A stretch of DNA of 64,000 bases from Geosiphon pyriformis uo1 (GCA_016748015.1 JAAOMT010000678.1:88921-152920); one strand, 5' to 3'. Counted from the stretch's first letter, positions 21,330 to 35,837 are shown. Notes: a model not told the origin generated them from the sequence alone. Numbers and translations: made by a program.

Positions 21330-24320
21330 TATTAATATTAATTTAAATATTTAGGATTTAAAATTATTTGACAATATTTTATTTTTAATATATTTAAATT
21401 TTTATTTTATAATAATAAAATATATAAAACAATAATAACTTAGATTTAACAAACAAAAAAATATTTTATAATATAATAATTATAAATAACAATTATATTA
21501 GTAAAATTTAAAATATTATTAATATAAAATAAACATATATTAGGCTTTATTTTTTTAAATTATAACAAATATATAAAACACTATTACTACTATTAAAAAT
21601 ATTAAATATTAATTTAAAGTAGCAATAATTGAATATAGAAAATACATGAAAAAACTTGAAAAGTTTATAAAAAGTAAAAAGAAAGATAAACTATGTAAAT
21701 TAAAGAAGAAATTAAGAGAAAAAAATAAACAGATATTAATAAAAAAGAGGCATAAACAGAAAAAAAAAAGAGTTGAATAAAAAGCAAATAATTTAAATAT
21801 AAAAAAAATAAATAGAAAATATAGGTGCAAAAATTATAAAATATGTTAATTTAAACAAATAAAATAAATAATAACTTTATAACTTAGATATTAAAAAATA
21901 GTATAGAATAAAAAATTGTAAAAATTACTTTTTTATACTCTATATTTTTTTTAATATTGTTTATTACTTATTTTTTTGATAATATCTGTTATAATCTTTT
22001 AATTTATTTTTTATTATTAGTTAGTTTTTTCTATACATACAAATATTGTTTAAATAATTTGCTTATTTTTTTTAATATTTTATATTAATTTTATTAATCT
22101 TAATAATTATTAATTAAGATTCTAAATTGTTAAACAAATCAAAAACAAATTAATAAAGTATAAATTAAACTATTTTATTTTTAGAAAAACTATTAGAAAA
22201 AAAAAGAGAATACTTAATCGAATTTTTAAAAAATTAGATAATTTCAATAATAAATAAAATAATAAAATTATATTAATACAATTATAAGTATAAGAATACT
22301 ATAAAAAGGTAGTAAAAATCTGGAATCTAGTTGTTAATTGTAACAATTGGTGTAATAACATAAAAGACAAAGTTTTTGTAATTACTATCTTATATTTTCA
22401 AAATATTCAAATAACTATAATATTAAAAACAAGATTATAGATTTCACAAAATATTAGATATTTAAAAATAAACATAATTGGCAAAATATTTTAGTTAGAA
22501 TATAATTAGACAATATTTTAGATATTTTACATATTTTTTTTATAATAATTCTAATTTAAACTAAGATTACATGTTAATTATTATTAATATCAGAAATTAC
22601 AGGCTTTTTTATATATTTTATGATCTTAATATGGAAGATATAAGTGATAATTAAATTAAAAATATCTATTAAAACAAAAACATATTGCAAATTTTAAGAC
22701 ATATTTTTAAAATATTTTATAAAAATATGATTTTTCTTTATTTAACTTTTTAAATTATAGATTTTGAAATAGTTAATAAAGTATTTTTTATTAAATTTTT
22801 CAATTATAAGAATAAGTTTTAATAACATAAAAATTAATATAATTTTGGATTTTAAGTTGAATACTATTATTTTTAAAATAATCATTATAAATTATAAAAA
22901 AATTGCTATTAAGTTCTATAAAAGTAAGTTTTATCTATATTATAAAACAAAAATTTTGAAAAAACTTAAAAAAATTAACAATATATTAAAATTGCTTTAT
23001 AAAAATTTAAATATTATAATACTTTATATTATTACAAATATAGTTAGGTTAAAAATTACCAAGATTAAAATACTAATTATTTGTAATATTGCTATTAACA
23101 TTTTTGAAATTCTCAAAAAATTATGCTGTATTTGTATTTTACAATCAAAACAATTATTCTGAAATTAAAAATAATTTAAAAATATTCTGTTATATTATTG
23201 CTTTTATGTATAATTAGAACAAATATATTAAAGTATTGTTAATTGAAATTAACATAAAATTTATTATAAAAAAAACCTTTTATTTCTCTTTAATAATTTT
23301 TTACAAGCATTTTAAAATTTTTTTTTGTTGTATTTACAATCTTAATTTTATTACAATCATAAATTATAAATTTTGGCAGAAAATATTTAAGCATGCTGCT
23401 AATAATTTGGTTTTATTACTTAATTTATTCAAAAAATATGCTTTTTTAATGCTATCAAAAAATTTTAAATATAAGAGTAATAATTCTGAACTTGACTTTT
23501 CAGTATATTAAGTTTATTATTGTTTTATAAATTTATAAATAATAATTATTATACTATTTTTAATACTTCATTAAATCTGTTTTAAAAGTTATTTTTGGAA
23601 ATTAGATAATATTCAAAAAATTTAACATTTTTTTTTAGTTTCTAATTTTAGTATTATTAATTTTAAAAAATTTTTAATAATTTCTATTATAAGTTTAATT
23701 TATTTTGTTAAATTTATTTTAAGTATTAATAATACTATTTTTAGCTATATATTTATTGTATAATTATTTTTTATTAATTTTTGATTATAATACTGTTGTA
23801 TTTTTTTATAGGTATATTATTAGTTTTCTTAAAATTAATAATTATAAAATACTTATATAAATATGTATTTTAATTAAAAATATTATTACAATAAATTAAA
23901 TAACTTAGTATAAGGCTTATATACTTAATTTTTTTATTTAAATCAAAATTTTATTGATTATATAAATTTTAATTTATTTATGTTACAGTTATATAAAATA
24001 ATTTATTTATATAAATATATTATTAATTTTTTTTATTAACTATAATAATTTTTATTTTAAATATGTTAATAAATTTTTATTATAACAATTTAAAAATAAA
24101 TAATATAAAAAATATTTTTATGTAAATTAGAATCTAAATTTTAAATATTTGTATAAATTACTTATTTATTAATAATAACAATAATATTATTTTTAACTTT
24201 TATATTAAATTTATTTATAATTATTATTTTAAATTTTTAAAAACTTTAATTATTTTAAAAAAATAATACAATTATTAAAAAAGTTTTTTTTAATTAATTT
24301 GAAAATATTTTGTTTTTTAA
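21330..24320. other. Extremely AT-rich block, probably one or more fully eroded mobile elements
   Basis: Near absence of CpG and of G/C runs, with residual coding-like texture at 21620-21830 and 22300-23700. Identity cannot be recovered by eye. Confidence 0.5.
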
Positions 24321-24324
24321 GCAC

Positions 24325-27300
24325 TATTATTAGAAGTTTTTGGTCTTTTTTTTTAAATGTTGTTGTTGTTACTTTAATATGAATTTTTACTTATTAGAAA
24401 CTATTAAATCTTTAATAGCTGAATTTATTATCAAATTATCTCTTATAATTTAAACTATTAGACTTATAAATAAAATATTCAGTTTTATGCCAGTTACTTT
24501 GTGTAGTTATTTTATAGTAAAAGTCAACTCTTTTTTAAAAATTGCTTATTTAGAAGTTTACTAATAATGTGTAATTATTTTGCTGTGAAAATTAACTCTT
24601 TTACAAAAATTTTATCTATAAACTATTCTAATATATATAATAAAAAATAAAATAAAAATAAAAAAAATGTAAAAGAAAAATTTTTGTTTAAGAAATTGTT
24701 TTCTGTTTAGGCTTAGAATAATTAATAGATTATTAAAATTAGTAGCTAGTCAATTTTAAAACATTAATTGAGATTTAAAAAATTTCATATAATAATTAAT
24801 TACAATAAATTATGTTTTAAAATATTTAATGCTTTATTAATTTGTACTAAAAAACTTATTTTAAAGAAGATAATTCTAAAATATAATATATTTTTTCGAA
24901 AAAAAAAGCTTTTTTTTTATAAACTTGAACTTTTCTTTTTGCTATAATTTTGATAAATTAAAGATATATTTTGGCAAACTATAAATTATTTTTACAAACT
25001 ATTAGTTATTTTAGTAAACTGTTAAATTATTTTATGAAATTTTACAAATTTTAACAAATTCTTGAATATTATAAAGTTTAAAATATTGTATAATCTAATC
25101 ATTATTTTTGTGTATTTGTATAAATTTAGTTACTAATTAAATTTTTGATATTAATAAGTAATTAATTAATAAATATTAAATTGAATTAATAATAATATAT
25201 GTTAACTAATAATAAAAATTATAAAAATAATTTTATGTTAATTATTGACTAAATTCTATTGATAACATATTTTTTCTTTAAGATTAAGTTCTGTTAAAGT
25301 CCAAATATTATTCATAATATTTAAATAATAATTTAATATTATTAAAGTAATTTGGTTTAAAAATTATTAAAATTTTAGTTTTGTAAGCTTGCCAATATAT
25401 TGAATTTTTATTGGTTAAAATATTAAATTTTGTAAAATGTTTTTACAAATATTAAATAAATTATGAAGTTTTAAAAACTGCTTTAAGTTTGTATTACATA
25501 TTTGTTGGTCTAATTATTATTTTGAATTTATGATGTATTTGTTTTTATATGGCTTTAAGAGTAAAATTGGTTGCTTTGAGTTCTAGTTTTTATTGATGCA
25601 GTATTTTTTTAATTTAAAAATATTGATAAATAAGAATATATTTACTGTTTTTGTTAAGATACAATTAAAGTTTTTGTTGTATTATAGCATTTGAAAAAAT
25701 GTTCATAGAAATAAACAATAGATTTTTTTTAAAACTTGCTTTAAAAGTTCTGGTAATTAAATTTCAAAATAACTTTTTGTGTTTTTTTATAAAAGTAATA
25801 ATTTTAAGAATTGTTTATTATTAGTGTTGTAATTTTTTTTAAATATAATTAATTTGATTTTTATCAATTATTATAGATAAATCAAAAAGTGTTTTTAAAA
25901 CTAATATTAATTTTTGAGATATTTATTAAATGTTTTGAAGAATAGTTATTATAAATTATAAAAAAAATACTAAATTGTATTAAAAGAGAAAATAAAATTA
26001 TTTTTGGTATAGGATTTTATATATTTTTGGTTTGAATATTTTTTAGCAATTATTTTTCTATTTTTGTTTGATATTTTTGTATTTATTTTTTAAAAAAAGT
26101 ATTAATATAAATTAATTTAGATATTCAAAATTAATTGTTGTTTTATTAAAATTATTAACTCTAAGTTTCAAGAAATATTTTCAGAATTAATTAAAAAAGA
26201 ATATGTACTAATTTGTGAAATTAATATTTTAAAATTAGTTTTAAAGTGATAATATTTTAATTAATCTCTATATATAACTCTCATTAAAATTTTGTTATTA
26301 AGTCTTAACTTATATAATTTATTGTCTAAAACTTTATAGATATAAAATATTTTATTTTATTTATGGTCAAATTTTTTATTCCATTGTTTTTTGGCTTTAG
26401 TTTTGTATAAGAAAACTTTATTTCCAATTTTGAATTTATTAGTAATAAGTAGCAGTTTGTTATTATGCTATTTTTTTTGTTAGGCTTAAAAATGTTTAAT
26501 ATAAATGACTATAATTTGTTATTTTTTTTTCAATATATTAAAAAAGTATAAGCTTTTATTGAAATGTTCTTTGAAAATTTTCTTCTGTAATTGGTTGCAC
26601 TAAATATGTTTTTATAATAAAATTAATTAAGACTTTAGTTAATAATTTATATAATATTTAATTAAAACATTCTACTAATCTATTTGTTTGTAAATAATAA
26701 AGTAATAAGAATAGTCTTTTGATTTTAAATTGGTCACAAATTTTTTGTATCAAGTTGTTTATAAAATGTTTTTTTTGATTAAATAAAAGCTTAATTAAAT
26801 ATCTGTATTTATAGATAATGTTTTCATAAATAAAATTTGCTATTGACATAGTATCTGCTTTAGTTTTGAACTATTTAATAAGATAATCTACTATAATTAT
26901 AATATAATAATTTTCTTGGTTTGTAATAAATAGTGGTTCGACTAAATTAATATCAATTTTATTAAAAAGTTGTCTAACTTTGATTGAATTCAAAAGTTTA
27001 ATAGAGTGAGTTTTTTTTTTTTTTGACAACTATTACAAAATTTTACATATTGCTAAATATTTTTTTATATATAAGACCAAAAATAATATTTAAGTGTTTT
27101 TTAGATTATATTATTTCTTTTTAAGTGTGTTAATAATAGATTTATATACATATTATATAGAATTGTTTTTTTTATTTTGCTAAACTAATTTGAGTAAATT
27201 GTTTTGGGTTTGGTAATTTCAATAATAAATTTTGTTATAATATAAAAAATATTGTTTTGATTAGTGTTATAATCAGTATTTTTTACTTAAAAACTAATTT

Positions 27301-27676
27301 TTTAACATAATGAAAGTCTTTAAATAATTTTTGATATTGTTATAATTTTTAAAATCTATTGTTTGTTAATTAATTATTGTCATTTAGATTATAATATGGT
27401 TAATATTGGTATTAATTTTGTCTTATTCTTAAGAAACTATTAATATTAGTATATAATTTTTTAGATTGTAATAAACAATATATTTGTAATTAGCTAAAAA
27501 TCTAGTCTATTAAAATTGTTTTACATTAAGTTTTAAACTTTTTTTGTTTAGCTATTTGAAACCAATATTATTAGTAATAATATTAAATTTTTTTTCTTTT
27601 TGTAATTACTGTTGAAAGTATTTAAGACTATAGATAATAGCTGCTACTTTTAATTTAATAAAATTATATTTAAATT
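24325..27676 (-). mobile_element. Second, heavily eroded and 5'-truncated copy of the same Gypsy family (end of RNase H, integrase, ORF3, PPT, 3' LTR at 24325-25267)
   Basis: Reverse complement aligns with 12085-15575. The LTR start reads '...aaattctattgataaca' (25267) and the LTR end 'tattattagaagtttttggtc' (24325). ORF 26658-26849 matches the integrase core. Confidence 0.92.
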
Positions 27677-29950
27677 GTATGGCAGGCTGATTTTCGATTA
27701 GAAAAATAAGTATAGTTGTAATTTTTTTATTAGTTTAGGTTTTTCAAATTTAATTTTATATTTATTATTTTTATTAAACAAAAAAATATTAAGAGCATAA
27801 TATTTGGGCATTATTTATTATTGTAAAACATGATATATTTTTTATATAATTGAATGTTTATTTGCTTTAATCTTTGAATTTAAGCTTTTTAGATTAAATA
27901 AATATAATTAATAATTTAATAATACATTTTTACTTTATTTTTGTAATTGTATCTAATAATTTTAAAAGTGTATTTAATATATTCAGCTTTTTTTATTTAT
28001 CTAATATCTTTTTAGATGGCTTTATTAATTAAGATCATAATGAGATTATAGATTATTTTAATATTATGTAGATAATAATAAAGTTTATTAAGAGTATTAT
28101 TATATATTACATATAATATCTAAAAGTAACAAATCTACCTAAACCAATTATTGAATTTATCTTCCTTAAAATTTTTGGAAAACATTATAAATAGAACAAA
28201 ATACATATTGAAAAGTATTGATATAATTAAGATAATAATGCTAAAACCAAAATATTTTTTTAAATTTATGATTTTCATTAGTGTAATATTAAATATTAAA
28301 AGAACCAGATTTATTTTGGTATTAATAATTTTTGAAAATCTTGGTTATTCTTAAAGAAATATAAAATCTTGAACTATAAATATGATTTTAATGATTACAA
28401 AGTTTTTTGTTTAGAAAAAAATTTGGTTGTAAAATCTTAAATAGAGTATTATTTAATGTTAATAAAACTGCTAACATACATTTTTGTTTTACCAAGCAGC
28501 AAAAATATATAAAACTGAGACTGTTAAAAATATAGCTCTTATTATTAAGATTGCTATTTTATAATAGAGGTTATAGTAATTTTTAGATTTGAATATTAAA
28601 AAATAAAAAATAACTTGTCAAAATTATTAATTTATATTCTAGATTTAAATTATTTTTATATTAATTAAAATAATATGTTTATCTAAAAAATTTATAAAAT
28701 AAGAAAAATTTTATTTTTACACAAAAAATTACAATAAAATAATGAATTTTAATAAAACTTTCAAGTTTTTTTTTAAAAAAATCTTTTCAACAATAATTAA
28801 GCTTTAAATTTAATATCTAGAAATTTTATACAAAGCTTGTAATTAATTCATAATATATTTAGTTTATTATTTTATCTTAATATAAATATTAAAGATGAAT
28901 AAAATATGTGTTATTATAAAATAACAATAATATACAATACCAGACTTTATTTTTTTATTATTTATAGTAAAAAAACAGAATTTTATAACTTTTATATAGC
29001 CCTTTAAAATCCAATCTTTATACAAATAATATAAAATCCAAACTTTAAACATGCAAATAGTTAAATATTCATTAGCTAAAAATTTTATAGCTTAAAGTTA
29101 TTGAAAAAAATTTAAATAAAAGTATATTAAAATTTTCACAAATTGGCTTAATTATTTTTATAAAAGAATATTTAATAAAATGGTTTTTTAAAACTTATCA
29201 CAGCTTAACATATTAAATTTATTTTTAAAAAACTTTGGTTTATAAAAGTTATTATTATTGTTATAAATATTTAAATAAAATAAATATTATTTGTTTACTA
29301 AGTCATATTTGTTTAAACTGATATAATTAATCTAATAAAATAAAAAAAGTGTAATGAATATTTTTTAATATTAATTAATTTAATTTTTGACGAAAATAAA
29401 TCTGATAAATTAAAAAAGTAATATATATATATATTTTAATATAGTTAAAAATTCAAAAAAGTATAAATGACCAATTAAATGGTTTCATATTTGAGTTTTT
29501 TTAGTATTTATTTATTGCAATTTTATTTAATGTTAAAATTTAAATAAATACTTTAAAAACTTATCAATAAAAATTTTAACAATTATAAACATAAATATAG
29601 TTATAATTCAGTTTAATAAATAATACTTAATACTTTTTTGGTAAAAAATATTAAAATATTAAAAAAAGTTACAAAATAAGAAATAATTTGGCATCTACTT
29701 AATTAGCTTCTGTTTATTTACTATATAAATTTTTAAAATATTCAAGAATTTAAATGTATATTAAATTATCTAGTATAAATTTTATTTGGTTTTTCATAAT
29801 AAAGTTTTACATTTATGGTTAACAAAAATTTTTATCAATAGTATTAAAATAAAGTATTTTGTTAATTAATTATTTAATATTTAAAATAATTAAGCATAGT
29901 TGTTTTATTTCAATGTACATTTTATTAAAATCTAAATCAGCTGCAACTAT
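27677..29950. other. AT-rich, CpG-depleted block, probably an eroded repeat
   Basis: Begins abruptly where Gypsy homology ends. No recognisable domain. Confidence 0.45.
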
Positions 29951-30130
29951 AACCTTTTTAAATTTCAAGTACATGTATAATGAAATCTAAGCCACTTAAA
30001 TCAGAATGATTTTCAATATCTATTTAAACGCTATCTGTATAACCATGCCATAACGGCGAAAATTTTTGCTCTTCTGGTTAAATACTATACACTCGATTTA
30101 AAAATTCCGCGACTATATCATCATAAAATA

Positions 30131-32493
30131 ATGTCTTCAGCCGCCAAGTTACCTTTGCTAAAAACACCAACGTTACCAGTATCAGTCGTCGAATGGTTTG
30201 AAACCTCTATTCGTGACAAACAGATCAAATATTTTGAATACAAGAAATTTCATAACAAAAAACAGCTTGGTGATGAAGCTTTCAGCGCGTTAGAGAAGGT
30301 AAATTATACTATAGGTGGTATGGATATAATATTTGCATTGAAAAAACTTAAACGAGTCCCAGAAGATGATAAAACAGAAATAGAAGAATTCATAAAAGAG
30401 GTCTGAATGAAAATTTTTTTACATGATTAGTAAAGTGAGAATTGCTATATTTTTTATGCTAAAAAATTCCTAAAAACTTTTTAGCTGAAATTCCTGCAAG
30501 ATATTGATTTTTTTCCCTACATTCAAAGATTTTATGGTCTTAGCAAAACTATAGAAGGTATTTATTCTCAAGGCTCTATGATAAAATTTATTTTACAAAT
30601 CCTAACCTTACTTTATGAAAATGCTTTAGATAATAATATAAAACATATTTTAGTTTTTGAATACGCTAATGGAGGTTCTTTGCGTGATTACCTATCATTA
30701 GAGTTTCAAAATATGAATGGAAAAGAAAAGCTTCGGATGGCACAGGAATTAGCAAGGGGAATTCAATGTCTTCATGAAAACCAAATGATTCATCGAAATC
30801 TTGTAGGTTTTACACTTTGATATTTCAAAAGCTATTTAAAGATTAGACTCCACCACTAAATTGTTTATTTTTAGAATTCATCAAATATTTTAGTGCATAA
30901 CAAAACGATAAAAATATCCGATATTGGTCTTCCGAAAAATCTAAGTGAAATGCTAGGCTTAGCCAATGAGGTTAAAGGCCAACCTGCTTACATAGACCCT
31001 CAATGTTTTAAAGATGAACAATTCCTTCGAAATAAGAAATCAGACATTTATGCTCTGGGCGTCCTCCTATGGGAATTAACAAGTGGTCGCTCACCATTCA
31101 AAAATACTAAAAAGTGGACACTTATGTGTAAGGAAATTTTAATTTAGCACATTTCTTTAAAAGTTCTACTTATATGTAAAAACTTCCAATATTATTAGTC
31201 CGAATTGCTAATGGTATACGAGAAACTCCTATCGAAAAGACACCAACTGAATATATTGCATTGTATAAAAGGTGTTGGAATGAATTACTCGATAAACGGC
31301 CTAGCATCAACGAAGTGAACGAAAAACTCGAGGGAATTCAATGGAATTCGGAACATGCTTTGAGTTCTCAAACGGGCTACGTTGAATTAACACCGCAGTT
31401 AACAAGTGAAACCACCTTAGTAAGCTCAATGGGTTTGGCTAATACAAGCATCATGGCTCTTTTACAAGACATTTTCATTATAATCAACGAAGGTTTAAAC
31501 ATCTATACATATGAAGACATCTCAAAAATAATTCCTCGGGTAGAAAAACACCTTACAAATACTGGGCAAAGTTCCACAGATCTTTTCGATTCTATAAAAG
31601 TAACTCAAATCTCATCCAATTCAGTTTTTGTGCTTGGTTTTTTTTACCAATTTGGAATTGAGATTGATATCAACTTGGAGCAGGCGTTTTTAAAATATCA
31701 GAAAAGCGCTTCTCAAAAAAACCCCTTGGGACAATTTTTCCTCGGAAAATGTTATATGGAGGGTACCGGCACTGAAAGAAATAATGAAAAAGCAGTTGAA
31801 TGGTATACCAAATCAGCGGAAAATGGACATTCAAATGCACAATATAACCTTGGGGTTTGCTATGAAAATGGTAAAGGAGTAACCAAAGATCTTTCAAAGG
31901 AAGTTGAATGGTATACTAAAGCTGCAGAAAAAGGACACTCAAATGCGCAAAATAATCTTGGAGTTTGCTATAAAATTGGGGAAGGAGTGACCAAAGATCT
32001 TGCAAAAGCAGATAAAAAAGCAGCAGAAAAAGAACATTCAGTTGCACAGTTTAACCGTGCTTCTTGCTATAAAAATGGGAAAGGAGTAACCCAAGATCTT
32101 GCAAAAGCAGTTGAATGGTATACTAAAGCTGCGGAAAATGGACATTTAGATGCGGAAAATATTCTTGGAGTTTGCTATGAAAACGGGAAAGGAGTAACCA
32201 AAGACCTTGCAAAAGCAGCTGAATGGTATAAAAAAGCAGCGGAAAAAGAACATGTAGATGCACAGTTTAACCTTGCTTCTTGCTATGAAAATGGGAAAGA
32301 TTTTGCAAGAGCAGTTAAATGGTATAAAAAAGCAGCGGAAAAAGAAAATGTAAAGGCACATTATAGCCTTGCTTCTTGTTATGAAAATGGGAAAGGAGTA
32401 ACCAAAGATCTTTCAAAGGCAGATGAATGGCGTACAAAAGCATCGCAACTACGTACAAAAGTAACAAACGATTTGACGTTTAAACTTTTATAG
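30131..32493 (+). CDS. Tyrosine-kinase-like (pseudo)kinase with C-terminal Sel1-like repeats, ~687 aa, 5 exons
   Basis: Exons 30131-30400, 30485-30557, 30630-30802, 30875-31127 and 31199-32493, all GT-AG and in frame. Motifs FALK, EYANGGSL, HRNL, DIG, YIDP, SDIYALG, plus about 7 Sel1 repeats. Confidence 0.93.
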
Positions 32494-33154
32494 ACTCTTA
32501 ATTTCTTAGTAATAAAACAGAACTAGAACTAGAACTATTAATCTTCACTATGGAATTATAATTTTGCGATATACTAGTTTGAGAATTGATCGAAAAATAA
32601 TATTCTTTACTGAGATAATCTTTGCATCACAATCAGCTTTAAGATATTAAAAAAAGTCTCAATGGAGAACTTTTTTTAAGGGGAATAAGTTGTTTTTTGA
32701 AACTTGCTACAACTTGATTTATTGAATTTTTTTTAAACGACTTTGGTTTGCAAGAACTGTCATTGTTGTTATCAATTTTTAAAAGTATATATTTTGCATA
32801 TTAAATTATATTTGCCTAGCGTAATATATTAATCTAAACGAGAAAAAAGAATATTTTCATTAATTTTAATGAATTTTATTTTTAGAATGCTGAATTTGAT
32901 AAACTGAAAATTAATAAAAAATAAATCCTTAAATATAGTTAAAATTTAAAAACGCTTTCTTAAACATGGATGGTTTTAAGAAAATATAAATAAATTATTA
33001 AATTTCAGTTATCTTTTAAATTTATGACCAAACTCTTTCACTCAATGACAAACAGGTTTACTTTTTCTAAACGACTATCAACAATTATAGACATAATATG
33101 GGTATTTAATTTAATCGGTAATAAATAAAAATGGTATAATAGCAAGCTAGAAAA

Positions 33155-33156
<2 letters not shown>

Positions 33157-33187
<31 letters not shown>
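33157..33187. repeat. (TTA)n microsatellite
   Basis: Direct reading. Confidence 0.9.
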
Positions 33188-34444
33188 TGTATAAAATATT
33201 ATTAACCATTGTTCATATATGTTAAAGCAGTATTTTTTGATGAAATATATTACCATTAAAATTCTATTTTGATATTTCTTACGAGGAAAGGTAATTCTCT
33301 TCCAAATGAATGAACATTTTTTAAAATAATATTGCTATTTCGATTGAAATTAAATGGGTTTGTGGGATATGCTCTATTATGGGAAAATCAGAATGAAATT
33401 TAGGCATGTGAAATTCTGATAATCTATATAGTTATTTTAGAAATCTCAAAATTTAAAGGGCATAAAGAAACGTTTACACGATATAGCATGCACCGGTAAT
33501 GAAATAATGACATTAAAAAAATAGGCCAAAACTCTGTAATCTATAGAATTAAATAAATATTCTTAACACAAAACCTAATTGGAAGTTTTTTGGTAACTCC
33601 AAGGAAATAAAGCATTGAGAATTTCTCATGTTTTTATCAAGCTTAAAGAAAGCTTGATAATATTTACATCAAATTGGTCGGAGTCAGTCAAAATAAAAGC
33701 TAAAATTTGAGAGAAAAAGCATCCTTAAATGCCCTTCTAAATATTTGTAGGCAACGCATAATTTCTTAGTTGTTTATGAATTTAGGAAATTGCAGTCACT
33801 GTTTATTTAGACTAATTTATAAATTTTTAAACTAAAATTGTGAATTCATTAATTAAAATTTTATGTATTTTGTTAAAATGAATTATTGTATGTTTTAATT
33901 TTCAATATCTTAGTTAATTAAATTTTGATTTACAAAATTCTTATAATTTTGTTAAAAATAAGTAAAAATAATTTTTTTTTTAAAAATTTTAACATTAAAT
34001 TTATAGAATTTTAGATAATATTTTTTGATCATTTTGATATTTTTAAAGAATCAAAAATATTTTGTAATTACTGTCCACGTGAAAAAACTTAACAAACAAC
34101 AGACAAAATTTACCACATACAAAGGTTTTTTAGTTTTTTATCCATCCCAAATACTGTAAAAGCTCATGTAATAAACTTCATTTTCACTATTTTCAAAGCA
34201 GAATCGAATTTGTGGCTTTTTAAATAATTCATAATAATACATTTTTAAAGAATCTGAATCATTGGTAAAAACTAGGTTGAACAAGTTACTAAATCCAATG
34301 TCACAATCTTGGAAATTGATTATCGTGAGTAAAGGTGAAAGAATTAAACTTTAAATTTTATATCAATAATAACTTTTAGCTTCAGCCATTCTAATAATAT
34401 CTTCGTGGAATTGTAAATTTCACACACTGTATAGTAATTCCGTC

Positions 34445-35837
34445 TTAGAGATTCAGCCATAGAAAGCCCCCAGATGGACATTGCATCATCACCTCAAAAT
34501 AAGGACCATTATGCGTACCATAATTACTGGTTGAGAATTGGTTGTTACATAGCTGTAAAAAAAATAAGGATGAAGATGAAAGTGAAGAGGATTCAAATAA
34601 ATAATTCTTTAAATTTTAAGAAAGAACTTTTAAAAATATTCACCTGACTCTCTTCAATAAAATGATCTGGCACTGATGCTGGTCCTGCACAAATAAATAA
34701 CATTCCTGTAGAACATAAACAATCATCTGATTCAATCCAATATTCCATCATCGAGTGGGTGTAAAATGATTTAGAAACACTCGGTGGTAGCCTTGGAACA
34801 TAATCATCCATATTAGTAATCCGGTGAATATACATCTTATCAGCATGTGAATTCACATAATGGGCAAATTGACGATTGCCAACTCGAGGTTGTCCGAAAG
34901 TATACACACTAATGTTTTGTTTAAGGTTGAGCGCTATTAATTCTAGCATTCCAAGTAAAACATATACTGAAATGCTCAAAGTAAAATGATTAATTTTAAA
35001 TTAAAAAAACCCCCACCCCTCAAATATATTTTTATTCGAAAAATTCTATAAGCTTCTTACCACTACCCGAACCATGTCCAACTCCGATGACATTTTTGAT
35101 TGCTTCATTTTGAAGTTGATAATCATAAAATTCTTTAAATTTTGGTTTTATGATCCTAAAATGTTTCTGAAACTCATAGTCAATTTTTGCTCCATCGATT
35201 TGAGGATAAGGAACCAATATATTTGGCCTATTTCTCCAGTATTCCTCATTTCCTAATGGTTCCCCTCTTATAGTGATAACTATCGCGTCACTAAGAGTAT
35301 AAAATCCAGCTACAACAGAATCGGAACTATTCTGTCACGACAAAATTATTTTGAAAATCAAACCTCCTAGTTTTTAAATAAAATACCATAAATTCCTGGC
35401 CCAATAGCTTGCACTTCATCAAGACAATAAGAACTCGCAGCAAGCATTGCGTATTGATCGAGATAATCTTGTACAACAAAGTATTTTATATTTCTTTTGA
35501 GTAAAATATGTCTGTTAATCTCTTTTGTATTATTGAAATTCAAGAAATCGATTGATAATGAGATGTTTTTTGCGGCAAAAAAATTTTCTTTATTTTTTAA
35601 ATTTGGCCCTGGTAAAATTTTCACTTGTTGAGCCATAAGATTCTCATGAGCATTATTTCCTGCTAGAACAAGGTTTGAATGAGCCGATGGTGTAAGATTG
35701 CCAGAATGTTGGGAGAACCTCCATGGTATTATTATTTCCCAGGAAAACTTTAATACAAAAAGAAAAGCGATAAAGTATAAATGAAATATACGACTTCCTA
35801 ACCGTCTTTTAGTATAAAGTGTTGATTTTTGATGCAT
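34445..35837 (-). CDS. Class 3 lipase-fold protein with an N-terminal hydrophobic anchor, ~376 aa, 4 exons; nucleophile Ser absent
   Basis: Exons 35837-35387, 35309-35061, 34966-34644 and 34552-34445. Motifs AASSYC, IVITIRG, GHGSGS, YTFGQPRVGN, DYVPRLP, THNGPYF. Confidence 0.9.

Noticed and set aside
22845-23511. Ile/Lys/Asn/Phe-rich ORFs (also 21609, 28151, 28867, 41914)
   Set aside because: Composition artefacts of AT-eroded DNA; no motifs.
27676-29952. Possible terminal inverted repeats (GGCAGGCTGATTTTCGATT ... AATCTAAATCAGCTGC) bounding the AT block
   Set aside because: The match is short and gapped, and no TSD was found.
33634-33660. 11-bp inverted repeat TTATCAAGCTT/AAGCTTGATAA
   Set aside because: Isolated and AT-rich, so plausible by chance; no associated element.
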